From assembly GCF_039654945.1 (NCBI RefSeq), contig NW_027361696.1:33294001-33358000 (forward strand): DNA of 64,000 bases, given 5' to 3'. The notes beneath the pieces are model-generated. The model did no database searches, was not told the origin of the DNA, and worked only from the letters and a program-made list of their open reading frames with translations. This stretch comes from Dendrobates tinctorius (Eukaryota). The position numbers and the translations under genes are program-made. This document shows, one piece after another, positions 24,601 through 35,333 of the stretch; the first letter of the stretch is position 1; each line of letters opens with the position of its first letter.

Positions 24601-25240
24601 TACCTGATATTTGACAGGGGGCAGGTCTTTCCCCATCTGACCGAGACGCCGGGGGGGGGGGGGGGGTGACAGGTACCCTTTAAAGAGTTATTCCCAAAAA
24701 AGTCAAATTCCCTCCAGTTCATAGAATTGGGGACCACTGGCTGATCAGCAGGGGTCCGACCTATGGGACCCCCAACAATGTAGAGATGGGGGCTCTGGGA
24801 GACCCAGCGATGCCCCCACAACAAGCCGGGGTCACATTAAAGCAACCGTGTTTGGTGTCGCCGAGTGCGGAACGGTCCACACTAACAACATTTCTCCGAT
24901 ACGGTGAACACAGAACAAGAATAAGAAAACGTCGCCTCCCAGAAAGAAATGAAAAAGTGTCGTGAAACCGGAGAGGAGAGAAAACGGAACATCACTGATA
25001 CATTGTACGAGACTCCACCCACATGTTAACGGTAATGGAGACCCCGCCTAGTTGTCCATTACAGCCTCCGCTCCATATAATAACTTGTATGCACCATGTA
25101 GTAAGGCCTGTGTACATACATACCGCGGGGACAACACTACTCTCCCCGCAGTCAGTTCCCCGCCACCTCCGGTCCCGGCACTTACCTGACAGGACGAGCA
25201 GACACAGCAGCGCCGGCGAGCAGCCGCCCCGCTCCGCCAT
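10327..25240 (-). CDS. LSR: Lipolysis-stimulated lipoprotein receptor / angulin-1; 10 coding exons, 1746 nt, 581 aa (gene span)
   Basis: Exons 25186-25240, 21135-21473, 20933-21052, 15974-16030, 14406-14552, 13104-13262, 12721-12777, 12484-12612, 11333-11979 and 10327-10362. All junctions are GT-AG and phase-compatible. The product has a signal peptide, Ig-V domain, TM helix, Cys-rich region and C-terminal SRESLIV. Confidence 0.97.
11333..11979 (-). CDS. LSR: LSR exon 9 (R/D-rich cytoplasmic tail)
   Basis: [12 protein letters not shown]...[10 protein letters not shown]...RSRSRDDL...[22 protein letters not shown]|gtcagt; 647 nt. Confidence 0.95.
12484..12612 (-). CDS. LSR: LSR exon 8
   Basis: [35 protein letters not shown]; 129 nt. 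Confidence 0.95.
12721..12777 (-). CDS. LSR: LSR exon 7
   Basis: [19 protein letters not shown]; 57 nt; tttcag and gtaaa boundaries. Confidence 0.9.
13104..13262 (-). CDS. LSR: LSR exon 6
   Basis: [19 protein letters not shown]...YDAASS; 159 nt; cacag and gtgag boundaries. Confidence 0.94.
13330..14070 (+). repeat. 40-bp minisatellite (80-bp dimer in its core) carrying CCACTAG(A/G)GGGAGC motifs
   Basis: About 17 units of gtcaccactag[gaggtg/agggag]ctcactacatacagatttata, plus one inverted terminal copy at about 14050-14066. Confidence 0.92.
14406..14552 (-). CDS. LSR: LSR exon 5 (transmembrane helix and Cys-rich domain)
   Basis: [49 protein letters not shown]; 147 nt. Confidence 0.97.
15095..15300. 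repeat. Degenerate GC-rich short tandem repeat
   Basis: Recurring cagccggcgccactccc / cagccggcgcatctcccc. Confidence 0.6.
15974..16030 (-). CDS. LSR: LSR exon 4 (57-nt cassette exon)
   Basis: cctatag|[19 protein letters not shown]|gtaacc. It resembles the mammalian GRTSGVAELLPGFQ exon and is too short for the ORF track. Confidence 0.9.
16431..17366. mobile_element. PIF/Harbinger-type MITE, same family as 53004-53949 in the opposite orientation
   Basis: TAA|GGCTGGGTTCACAC...GTGTGAACTCAGCC; the internal sequence is the reverse complement of the 53-kb copy. Confidence 0.85.
17985..18798 (-). repeat. 81/86-bp minisatellite, same family as 7648-8045, left of the Tc1
   Basis: Unit tactgatcctgagttacatcctgtattatactccagagctgcactcactattctgctggtgcagtcactgtgtacatacat, with or without an extra tacat. 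Confidence 0.95.
18799..20251 (+). mobile_element. Tc1/mariner transposon with short TIRs and TA TSD; defective transposase
   Basis: TA|CAGGGGTTGGACAAAATA...TATTTTGTCCAACCCCTG|TA. Transposase starts at 18983 ([16 protein letters not shown]), with [18 protein letters not shown] and WPPQSPDL; it has frameshifts. Confidence 0.93.
19795..20085. mobile_element. Truncated Harbinger-type MITE inside the Tc1 transposase
   Basis: Non-Tc1 sequence after SPDL ending in gtgtgaaacaggcc|tta, the same terminus as at about 42480-42494. The transposase resumes afterwards ([20 protein letters not shown]). Confidence 0.7.
20252..20800 (-). repeat. 81-bp minisatellite, right of the Tc1
   Basis: Continues the unit interrupted at the TA. 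Confidence 0.95.
20933..21052 (-). CDS. LSR: LSR exon 3 (Ig-like V domain, C-terminal part)
   Basis: [39 protein letters not shown]; 120 nt; ttccag and gtaag boundaries. Confidence 0.96.
21135..21473 (-). CDS. LSR: LSR exon 2 (Ig-like V domain, N-terminal part)
   Basis: tttgcag|..[60 protein letters not shown]|gtagg; 339 nt. Confidence 0.96.
22171..24165 (+). repeat. 30-bp minisatellite (about 65 units) in LSR intron 1
   Basis: Unit gcaccgcatacaacaacgccgccccataat with ordered variants and 27-bp units. Confidence 0.98.
24460..24679. mobile_element. Short TTAA-target MITE (Kolobok/T2-MITE type)
   Basis: TTAA|AGGGAACCTGTCACCCCC...GGGGGTGACAGGTACCCT|TTAA. Confidence 0.85.
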
Positions 25241-25490
25241 CTTCCGCCCAAAGCTCCGCACACAGGAGCGGCCGCAGCCCCAGGTACAGCGGAGCCGCCC
25301 ACCTGTGCCCGAGACGGGGAGCAGAGGACCCCGGGGACCGACACACGGGACCAAGACCGGGAAAAAAAAAAGGGTCCGCGGGTTCAACCACCTGTCCGGC
25401 CAGGGAAAAGTCCGGAAACAGGGACCAGGAGGGAGCGCGCGCTTCCGTGAGGGGGAACAGCCCAGGTAAAGCCCCGCCCCCAGCATTGTG
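25140..25490 (-). promoter_or_regulatory. CpG-island promoter / 5' region of LSR
   Basis: High GC and CpG density around exon 1; GC box GCCCCGCCCC at 25471-25480; ETS-like CCGGAA and CTTCCG motifs. Confidence 0.7.
25186..25240 (-). CDS. LSR: LSR coding exon 1 (signal peptide)
   Basis: aagATGG context; [19 protein letters not shown] then gtaagt; lies in a CpG-rich region. Confidence 0.88.
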
Positions 25491-25587
25491 TGAGGGAGAG
25501 GCTCAATGTCAGGAGGCTGCAGGGAAAGCACAAAGCCAAAGTCACGGATCCAGGAGCAGAAACCACTGACCCAGATGGAGCTGTCCG

Positions 25588-26405
25588 CATACAGACCTGT
25601 CCTGATCGTACACCTGTCCTCATACACCTGTACTGATCAATACGACCTGTCCTCATAAACCTGTACTGATCAATACGACCTGTCCTGAACATACAGACGT
25701 GTACTGATCATATAGACCTGTACTGATTATACAGACCTGTCCTGATCATACAGACGTATACTGATCATTTAGACCTATACTGATTATACAGACCTGTCCT
25801 GATCATACAGACGTATACTGATCATATAGACCTGTCCTGATCATACAGAAGTATACTGAGCATATGGACCTGTACTGATCTCATACAGACGTATACTGAT
25901 CTTATAGACCTGTCCTTGTCATACAGACGTGTACTGATCATATGGACCTGTACTGATCATATAGACCTGTCCTGACCATATACACCTGTCCTGATCATAT
26001 AGACCTGTACTGATTATACAGTCCTGTCCTGATCATACAGAAGTATACTGAGCATATGGACCTGTCCTGATCATACAGACATGTACTGATCATACAGACC
26101 TGTACTGATCATACAGACCTGTACTGATTATACAGACCTGTCCTGATCATACAGACGTATACTGATCATACAGACCTGTACTGATTATACAGACCTGTCC
26201 TGATCATACAGACCTGTCCTGATCACACAGATGTATAATGATCATATGGACCTGTACTGATCATACACACCTGTCCTGATCACAGAGCTGTCCTGATCAC
26301 ACAGATGTATAATGATCATATGGACCTGTACTGATCATACAGACCTGTCCTGATCATACAGACGTTTACTGATCATACAGACCTGTACTGATCATATAGA
26401 CCTCT
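25588..26405 (+). repeat. 19-bp minisatellite between LSR and FAM187B
   Basis: Unit catacagacctgt(c/a)ctgat, about 40 copies. Confidence 0.93.
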
Positions 26406-26844
26406 ACTTATCCACTGGATTCTGTACATTGTAAAAACAGACAAACACAAAGAGGATCAGAGATTTGAGCTGTTGGCTTGACCAGAATTTGGTCCGATCG
26501 CTTTAACTGACAACGAGCAGAATTTTTTAAAATTGTAAGAAATTTGAATCAAAGTTTGTCAGAAAGATTCAGGGGTTTTATAAGGTGATTATTGAGCTCT
26601 ATAATTGGGCAACACAAAGTCACAAACAAAACGCGATTGTGTCAGAACTTGAGTTGTCCCCGATGGGGAGAAAAGTAGCAGACATAGCTCCCTGTAATCT
26701 GTGGGGACACCTGGCAGTACGTTTTCAGTTTTCCTACAGTGCCACCACAGGTTAAATGAGGTATTACAGATTATCCATTCATATCAATAGGCTTTATGTG
26801 AAATGCAGGACAGGACAGGTCCTCCAGAGCGAGAAGCACTCTTG

Positions 26845-26965
26845 GTAACTTTTGAAGGTCACAATGAGTTATATGCTTTTGAAGGCCACAATGAAGAGTT
26901 ATATGCTTTTGAAGGTCACGGTGAGGTGTTGTTTGCTTTTGAAGGCCACTATGAGGAGTTGTATG
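26845..26965 (+). repeat. Short 30-33 bp tandem repeat (4 units)
   Basis: cttttgaagg(t/c)cac..tgag repeated. Confidence 0.75.
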
Positions 26966-27191
26966 GAGTGTTGGACGTGCTATACATCTTTGTGGAAGAC
27001 ACAGAAACAGCTGAGCACACTCACTGCTAGAAGAGAACATCTGTCCACCATGCCTACCTGTGGTGGTCAACAATCGTCTTTGATTCTGATGGAATCTTTG
27101 TGTTTTATGACCTCATTGGTTCCGCATGGTCCATGGTGGAAGAGCAGATGATCGGTCCGGCACACACTAGTGATAATACTCATCCAGATCA

Positions 27192-28009
27192 ATGAGCCTA
27201 GTGCCCCTCACTCTATTTTTGGGGATCCTGCTACATAAGAAAGCATCTGCGAAAACTGTGTTCTGTCCGGCTCAACAACCTTGTACAACCGTATTTGCTT
27301 CTTACAATACCATAACTCTAAAATGTGGAGACCAACCTGCAAACGCCCTTGTACAATGGCAATACCTTGAATGGAACCAGCCCAACACGCAGGCATTGAC
27401 TTTCAGACAAAGTAGCGGTTCCATGCCTATGGATAATCTCAACCGGCAAGAACATATGAAGGTTTTGGATCTGATCTCAAGATCTGAGATAGAATCGGGA
27501 AATCTCAAGCTCTTGTCCCCTAGAGTGCAGGACTCAGGAATCTACACCTGTAAATATGAGAGGAGACTTTTGGCCTCGTACGAGATTGATTTCCAGGACA
27601 CCACAAACATCTACATCTCACATGTCTCTTTGGGCCAAAGTCTCCAACCCAACCACAGCGTAAACCTGGGTGAGGTGGGCACTGCGAAGATGTTCACCGT
27701 ATGGAACGAGTGGCAGCGCTGTGACCGGTGCGGAATGTCGGGGGAAATGAAGAGACTTGGGTTTTGCTACGTTATGATCACAAGAAACTCCTTCGTTGTA
27801 GAGACACCCCGGCCGTGTGGACTTTCACAATCCAATAATAGTCAGATTCGGTCTCTACACAAACCTGAGCTAAGGATTAAGATTTGTATGGAGCCTTGTA
27901 ATGAGATCGCGCCTACGGAGGATGAAGACTTCATGATGGTCATAGACAACTATCGCACTTATCTCCACGCCGATGTTTTGCTTACGTGTCCAATGTCTTC
28001 GATCTACGA
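27192..28009 (+). CDS. FAM187B: FAM187B-like Ig-domain membrane protein, coding exon 1
   Basis: Signal peptide, Ig-V (DSGIYTC), YEIDFQD, FTVWNEWQRCDRCG..GEMKRLGFCY, PELRIKIC and LTCPMSSIY; donor GA|gtaagt. It is divergent from LSR, as FAM187B is in mammals. Confidence 0.88.
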
Positions 28010-28558
28010 GTAAGTAAGAAGTAGATTGCCTTCTGCTTTCCATGGATTGGGAAGTTGAATTCCACAAAAAATTCTTTGACACTTTAGGAGATAACATTGG
28101 TGGTGGTCTATGTAGTGGTGATGCATTAGGGGGCTCAGAGGTGGTCTATGTGCACAAAATTTCTCCTTGCCGTCTATGAAGTTCACAGCCATGGAGATGA
28201 GCTTGTCATTGAGGGCTGCATTCTGCATAGACAGCAACCAAGATTACAAAGTTTTCATTATACTGAAGTGCACTTTGTCATTTCGGATGCTGCCTATGTA
28301 GAGCACAGCAGCTGATGGCAAGCTCATCTGCACCACTATGCTACACATGAGAAGCGACTGAGATAACAGATTGGCAGCTAATGAATGAAGACCGTGCACT
28401 GGACTAAATATTATCTTTAAAGCTGCTTTAAAATTGTTTTGCTTTCTCTCACCAAAACTAGGATTAGGGCTAAGGTTAGGGTTAGAAATAGGACTAGCGT
28501 AAGGGAAAAGGTTAGAGTTTGGTATAGGGTGAAAAGTTAAGGTTAACGCTAAGAATAC

Positions 28559-31500
28559 TGTCACGATTTCCACTCTGGTTCTGTCTTTTTGTTACTTTGT
28601 GTCGGGGCTGTCAGTCTGTGCTTGGTCTGTGCTGAAGTCACCTGTGTTTATTTTCCTTAATCAGGCTTCTACTTTAGCATGCTAGTTCCTTCCCCCAGTG
28701 TCAATCGTACACTTGCCGTTGCCTGTGGAACATTGATCCCTCTGCGCTCTGTGCTTGACTCAGCTTGACTTCATTCTCTTTCTGGACTTAGACCCTTTGC
28801 TTGTGACCTGACTTTGCTTGTGCCTGCTCCCTGTATACTGTTTTTTCTCTCTGGCTTTCCTGACCTCGTCTCGTGTATTGGACATAGTCTCTGACTTCCC
28901 TTTGTCGTACTGCGCCACTTCCTGGACCTGACCTTGGATTGTTTGACCTCCCTTTACTTCCAGTAAGTAGTATATATATTTACTATAGTGACTCGCGTCA
29001 CATTACGATTGACCGTTAAATTTTTTTCAGTTCCCCACCGATGGATCCGTTACATACTTTGTGTGATCAGGTGGCGACTCTGACTCATTTAGTCCAAGAT
29101 TTGGCCTTGGAACAGCACAAACTGGTTTCCTCACATGCTCAGTTACAGGGCCAGATTTCTGGTACTCTCACTGCCCCTCAGAATCCTTCTCCTCAGACCG
29201 CTGTTATGACTTCTGTACCATCTGACGTATCGCTAAGCCCCCCTGAACCTGTTATAGCACTCCCAAATTTCCAGGAGAAAAGGACCAGTTCAGAATTTTT
29301 AAAGAGTTGCAAATCATTGTTTACCTTGTGCCCTCAGTTATCAGGGAATGAGTCACAGCGGGTGGGAATTTATAATGTCACTTTTGCGGGGGGGGGGGTC
29401 TTCAGACCTGGGCACTTTCCCTACCCTCTCTTCCTCCTGAACATCTTTCAGTGGACACCTTTTTTTGACGCTTTAGGACAGATCTATGATGAACCTGACA
29501 GGGTCAAGGTGGCAGAGACAAGGATCATGAACCTGACACAGGGGAACCGCACAGCAGAAGACTATTGTACTGAGTTTCGTCAGTGGTCTTCTGAGGTCCT
29601 ATGGAATGACGCAGCTCTCAGATGCCATTTCCTCAGGGGTCTTTCGGAGTCTCTAAAGGACTCTAGCTTTACATGCTCCACCTGGTTGTTTGGTGGAGGC
29701 TATGACTCTGGCTATCCGCATGGATCAGAGGATGCGGGAGTGACGCGAGGTGCAAAAAGAGGCTCCATTTTGTCCAACTGGCCTGGTTTGTGCACCTGAG
29801 GTGGAACCTATGGAGGTTGGTGCTACCAGCTGAAGAATTATGGAGACGAGACGCCGTTGGGAACTTGGACTTTGTCTCTATTGTGGCCAAGCTGGACATT
29901 TCTTAAAGGATTGCTTGGCACAACTTGCAGCAAACAAGCCGTCAGGAAACGCCTAGTCTGGTGATTGTCGAGGAGGTCACTCAGACTTATAGGTACCCTT
30001 TTACTCCTCTGATAAGGTGTTGTTGAATGCTGAACTTCTTTTTCAAGATCAATGTCTGTTCACATTTGCCTTTATTGACTGTGGATCTGCTGCTAATTTC
30101 ATAGATGCGGGACTGGTTCTGAAGTTAGGATTAGGGACAGTTAAGCTGGAAAGCTCTATTCAAATTGTGGCCATTGACAGAACACCATTGCTCAAAAATC
30201 TAGTTTGGTTAGTTACGGTGGAGTTCACACTCAAGGTGAGGTCTATTCATACGGTATTTATCTCCTGTTATGCTTTGGACAAATTACATGCTGGAATTGT
30301 GTTGGGTATTCCTTGATTGCGTATGCATAACCTGATTATTGACTGGAATCAGAGAGATATTGTCAAATGGTGTCCTTATTGTATTGAAAAATGTCTTAAA
30401 CCTGTACATGTTTGTTCCATTAGTCTGGAGGGTCTTCCGGAATACCTGAAAGACTTCGAAGATGTTTTTTCGGAAAAAGAGTCTGAGATATTACATCCTC
30501 ACCACCCCTATGACTGTGCAATTAATCTCATTCCTAATGCCAAAGTACCCAAGGCTCACTTGTATAACTTGTCTGGCCCTGAGTGGTCAGCCATGAAAGT
30601 GTATATTAGCGAGAGTTTACAAAAAGGTCATATTTGCCCTTCGTCATCGCTGGTAGCTGCCAGATTATTTTTTGTTAAAAAGAAGATGGAGGTCTTCGTC
30701 CCTGCCTCGACTTCCGAGAATTAAACAAAATAATGGTTAAAAATACTTATCCACTTCCACTTATCCCCGATCTATATAATCAACTTTCTGGGGCCAAATG
30801 GTTTTCCAAACTGGATCTTAGATGGGCATATAATTTGATATGGATTTGTGAGGGTGATGAGTGGAAGACAGCATTTTTAACGTCTGAAGGTCTCTTTGAA
30901 AATCTCATCATGCCTTTTGGTCTAAAGAATGCACCTTCAGTCTTTCAAAAGTATATGAATTATATTTTGTCTGATTATATTGGGAGATTTATTGTGGTTT
31001 ATTTGGATGACATTCTGATTTTCTTACCTGACCTGGATTCATATTATAAACATGTCCATTTGGTTCTGCAAAGGATGAGGGATAATTGTTTGTTCGCTAA
31101 AATTGAAAAATGTACCTTTTCTGTTCAAGAAATATAAATTTTGGGTTTCATTGTGTCAGCCTCCAGGTTTAAGATGGATCCTGGAAAAGTTCAGGTCATC
31201 ATTGATTGTGTTCAACCCAGCGACCTTAAGACCCTGCAGCGCTTTTTAGGGTTCGCAAATTATTACAGAAAATTTATTAGAAGATTTTCTCAGATCGTTA
31301 AGCCTCTTACGTACCTCACTCAAAAAGGGGCGGAGCTAAAGGTTTGGTCGCAGGAAGCCGTTGGGGCTTTTGAAAATTTGAAGAGATGTTTTATGTCTGC
31401 TCCTGTTCTTGTGCAACCAGACCTCCAGAGGCTGTTTATTGTGGAAGTAGATGCTTCTGAAGTCGGGGTGGGGGCTCTGTTGTCTCGAAGTCCTGAGACT

Positions 31501-33784
31501 TTAAGTAACTTGCGAACATGTTCCTTCTAATCTAAAAAATTTCCTCCTGCTGATAAAAACTATGATGTGGGTAATTAGGAGTTTCGTGCGGTCATGTTGG
31601 CTTTTGAAGAGTAGGGGCATTTTTTTGGAGGGAGCTGTTGATCCAGTCACCGTGGTGTTGGATCACAAAAATCTTGCTTATATTGAATCTGCAAAGTGGT
31701 TGACACCTAGACAGGCCCGATGGTCTTTATTTTTTTCACGATTTAATTTTCTGTTACATTCAGACCAGGGTCTAAGAACGTGAAGGCGGATACCCTGTCT
31801 CGTAGTCTTGATTCTGTGCCTCCTCCAGAACCTCCTTCCTCCATTCTTCCTCAGGGTGTTGTGGTGGCCATGGTTTCCTCTGAATTGGAATCTGAAATAT
31901 GTACTGCTCAGTCCTTGGCTCCTTCCAATACCCCTGAATGCAAGCTGTTTGTCCCTGTGTATCTCAGTTTACGCCTCTTGCAGGAATTCCATGATTCTGT
32001 GTTTGTCGTTTTCCTCTGCTTATCACCCTGAGACTAATGGTCAGACAGAGAGGACAAAGCATTCTTTGGAGCAAATTTTAAGCTGTTTTGTCGCCGATCA
32101 GCAGGAGAATTGGTTATTGCTTCTTCCGCTGGCTGAGTTTGCCTTTAACAGTCGGGTTAATCAGTCCACGGGACCGCGACGTTTTTCTGTAATTACGGGT
32201 TTCATCCTCATTTTGGTGAGTTTTCCAAGAAAAGTTCTGGGTGTCCTGGGTTGGATGTCACCATTCAAGAGCAGGGGGATGTTTGGAGGAAGGTTTAGAA
32301 AGAACATTGGGGTGGCTCAGCATCGGCAGAAGCGGAAACCCGATAGGAGGTGCTCGTCAGGGGTCGCCTTCAAAGTGGGAGATAAGGTATGGCTTTCCTC
32401 TTAGAATATTAAAGGGAATCTGTCACCCTTTTTAGCCCCTATTAGCTGCCGGCATAGACATCGGGGGCTTATCTACAGCATTCTGTAATGCTGTAGATAA
32501 GCCCCTGATGTAACCTGAAAGAGAAGAAAAACACGTTATATTATACTCACCGAGGTGGGCGGTCCGGTCCGATGGGTGTCGCCGTCCTGTCCGGCGCCTC
32601 CCTTCTTCATACGATGACGTCCTCTTCTCCCGTCCTGTAATGGCTCCGGCGCAGGCGCACTGCTCTGCCCTGTTGAGGGCAGAGCAGAGTCCTGCAGTGC
32701 GCAGGCGTTGGGAGAGGTCTGGCGCCTGCGCACTGCAGAATTCTGCTCTGCCCTCAACAGGGCAGAGCCGTGCGCCTGCGCCGGAGCCATTACAGGACGG
32801 GAGAAGAGGACGTCATCGCATGAAGAAGGGAGGCGCTGGATGGGATGGCGACACCCATCGGACCGGACCGCCCACCCCGGGTGAGTATAATATAACGTGT
32901 TTTTCTTCTCTTTCAGGTTACATCGGGGGCTTATCTACAGCTTTACCGAATGCTGTAGATAATCCCCCGATGTCTATGCCGGCAGCCAATAGGGGCTAAA
33001 AAGGGTGACAGATTCCCTTTAAGTCGATGGTGCCCTCTCTAAAGTTGTGTCCTAGATTCATTGGTCCTTATGAAATTCTGGAGGTGGTCAATCCAGTTGC
33101 CTTCCGGATAAAGCTCCCTCGGTCTTTCCGTATTCCTAATGTGTTCCACAAGTCGTTGTTGAAGGAATTTATCCCCCCTGTTCTGTCTTCTTCGCCCCAG
33201 CTTCCTTCGGTGTCTATAGAAGGAAGCTTGGAATATGAGGTACAAATCGTCATTGATTCCCGAATGGTCCGGAATTCCCTTCAATACCTGGTACATTGGA
33301 AGGGGTATGGACCTGAGGAACGATCCTGGGTTCCAGCTCATTCTGTAAAGGCTGATCGGTTGATCCGGGCCTTTCATCGGAGGTTTCCTAGGAAACCTGG
33401 GGGTCTGGTGGCCCCCCTTGTGTTCATTTTCCTTAATCAGGCTTCTACTTAAGCATGCTAGTTCCTTCCTCCAGTGTCAATTGTACACTTTCTGTTGCCT
33501 GTGGAACATTTATCCCTCTGCCCTCTGGGCCTGACCCAGCTTGACTTGATTCTCTTCACAGAATCAGACCCTTTTGCTTGTGACCTGACTTTGCTGGTGC
33601 CTGCTCCCTGTATACTGTTTTGTCTCTCTGGCTTTCCTGACCTCGGCTCGTGTATTGGACTTCGTCTCTGATTTCCCTTTGTCATACTGCGCCATTTCCT
33701 GGACCTGACCTCGGATTGTTTGACCTTCCTTTACTTCCAGTAAGTAGTATATACAGTATATCTACTATAGTGACTTGCGTCACA
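28559..33784 (+). mobile_element. Ty3/Gypsy chromovirus-type LTR retrotransposon in the FAM187B intron; degenerate
   Basis: 5' LTR 28559-29002 (TG..CA); 3' LTR about 33419-33784 lacking its first ~85 bp; TSD AATAC/ATTAC. It has gag, protease (FIDCGSA), RT (YLDD), RNase H (VDASEVG), a partly deleted integrase, GPY and a chromodomain (YLVHWKGY). Confidence 0.95.
32413..33018. mobile_element. 606-bp palindromic TTAA-target MITE nested in the Gypsy integrase
   Basis: TTAA|AGGGAATCTGTCACCCTTTT...AAAAGGGTGACAGATTCCCT|TTAA; the two arms of about 295 bp are near-perfect reverse complements. Confidence 0.93.
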
Positions 33785-34785
33785 ATTACATTTAGGAATA
33801 GAACTAGGCTTAAGGCTAAAGTTAGGGTTAGGAATAGGACTAAGGTTAGATTTACATTTAGGAGTAGAGCTATGGTTAGGCTTATGTTTCATAATAGGAC
33901 TAGGGTAAAGACTAAAGTGAGGGTTTGGGCTAAGGTTATGTTTGGTGTTAGGAATAGGACTGGAGTTATGGCTAAGGTTATGCTTATGTTTAGGAAAAGG
34001 TCTAAGGTTAAGACTAATTTAAGATTTAGAGCTAAGGTTAGGTTAGGAATAGGATAGGGCTTTGGATATGGTTACGGATAATGCTTAGGTTTAGGAATAG
34101 GCTTAGGTTTAGGACTAAGGTTAGGTTTAGGAATAATTCTGTGGTTAAGGCTATGGTTAGGCTTAGGGTTGGGAATAGGACTAGGGTTAAAACTAAGGTT
34201 AAGGTTAGGAATAGGACTAGGATGAGGGCTAAGGTTAAATGTAAATTTAGGACTAGAGATAGGGTTACGGTTAGGCTTATGTTTCAGAAAATGACTAAGG
34301 TTAAGACTAATGTGACTAATGTAAGGTTTAGTACTAAAGTTCGATTTGGGGTTAAGAATAGGACTAGGATTATGGCTAAGGTTAGGCTTATGTTTAGGAA
34401 AAGGTCTAAGGTTGAGACTAATTTAAGTTTTAGGGCCCAGGTTAGGTTAGGCATAGGGTAGGGTTAGGGATATGCTTAGAGATAATGTTAGGTTTAGAAA
34501 TAGTACTGGATTAAGGCTATGATTAGGGTTAGGAATCGGACTAGGGTTAAGGCTAAGGTTAAATTTAGGAATAAGACTAGGATTAAGGCTATGGTTAGGC
34601 TTGGGGTTAATAATAAGACTAGAGTTAGAACTAAGGTTAGATTTAGGGTTAAGGATAATACTAGGGTTAGGACTAAGGTTGGGAATAAGAATAGGGTAGG
34701 GCTAAGGTTATGCTGAGAGATGGGAATAGGACTAGGGTTAAGGCTAAGGTTAGGGATAGGGCTAAAGTTAGGGATTGGGCTGTAA
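33785..34785 (+). repeat. Degenerate (GGTTAG/TTAGGG)n hexamer tract; its left remnant is at about 28458-28556
   Basis: 6-bp periodic ggttag/ggctaa/ggaata/ggacta variants on both sides of the Gypsy element. Confidence 0.85.
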
Positions 34786-34966
34786 TTAAATATTACATTG
34801 TCATATTTCAACAAAAAGCAGAAAAAAACAAGAGGGTCGAAGGGCAGGCTCTAATTCCATTATATCCTGCTCATATTACGCCCTCTTCACATCAAATTCT
34901 TGAAATTTATAACAAACTTACGTTTTTATAATTTAAATAAAAACCCTATAATGTTTTCACCCACAG

Positions 34967-35300
34967 AGCCGTGTCCTGGGAACACGGAAATACTACTTTT
35001 ACGCGATTAATTCAGATGTCACAGAACCCTTCTTACATCCTGGACAACACGACCGGAGGAGGGACCTTGTCTATTCCCCGCTTCAATATATCCGATGAGG
35101 GCACCTACAGGTGTTACGTGGACCAGATGCTGGTGGGGAAGTTCCGTGTGATCATATATAATCTCAGCGATACCTCGGAGGCCTCACGTTCTTCTCTCAC
35201 GGAGTCCATCATGATCGGTCTGTTCATGTTCCTCGGGTTCCTTTTCTTTCTAAGTATATTCCAGGTCTGCAAGGACACCGCCGAGCGAGAGATTCATTAG
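34967..35300 (+). CDS. FAM187B: FAM187B-like coding exon 2 (second Ig half, TM helix, stop); 383 aa in total
   Basis: ccacag|A GCC GTG joins in frame (IYEAVSWEHG); DEGTYRCYV; TM IMIGLFMFLGFLFFLSIF. Confidence 0.86.
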
Positions 35301-35327
35301 GGTCAAAGTATATTCTGGAATGTTGTC

Positions 35328-35333
35328 AATAAA
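35328..35333 (+). terminator. Probable FAM187B polyadenylation signal
   Basis: AATAAA 28 nt after the stop codon, followed by T/GT-rich sequence. Confidence 0.6.

Noticed and set aside
26803-27030. ORF with FEGHNELYA repeats upstream of FAM187B
   Set aside because: It is explained by a short tandem repeat and has no recognisable domain or splice link.
33650-34814. Arg/Lys/Val-rich ORFs resembling protamines
   Set aside because: They are translations of the degenerate hexamer tract.
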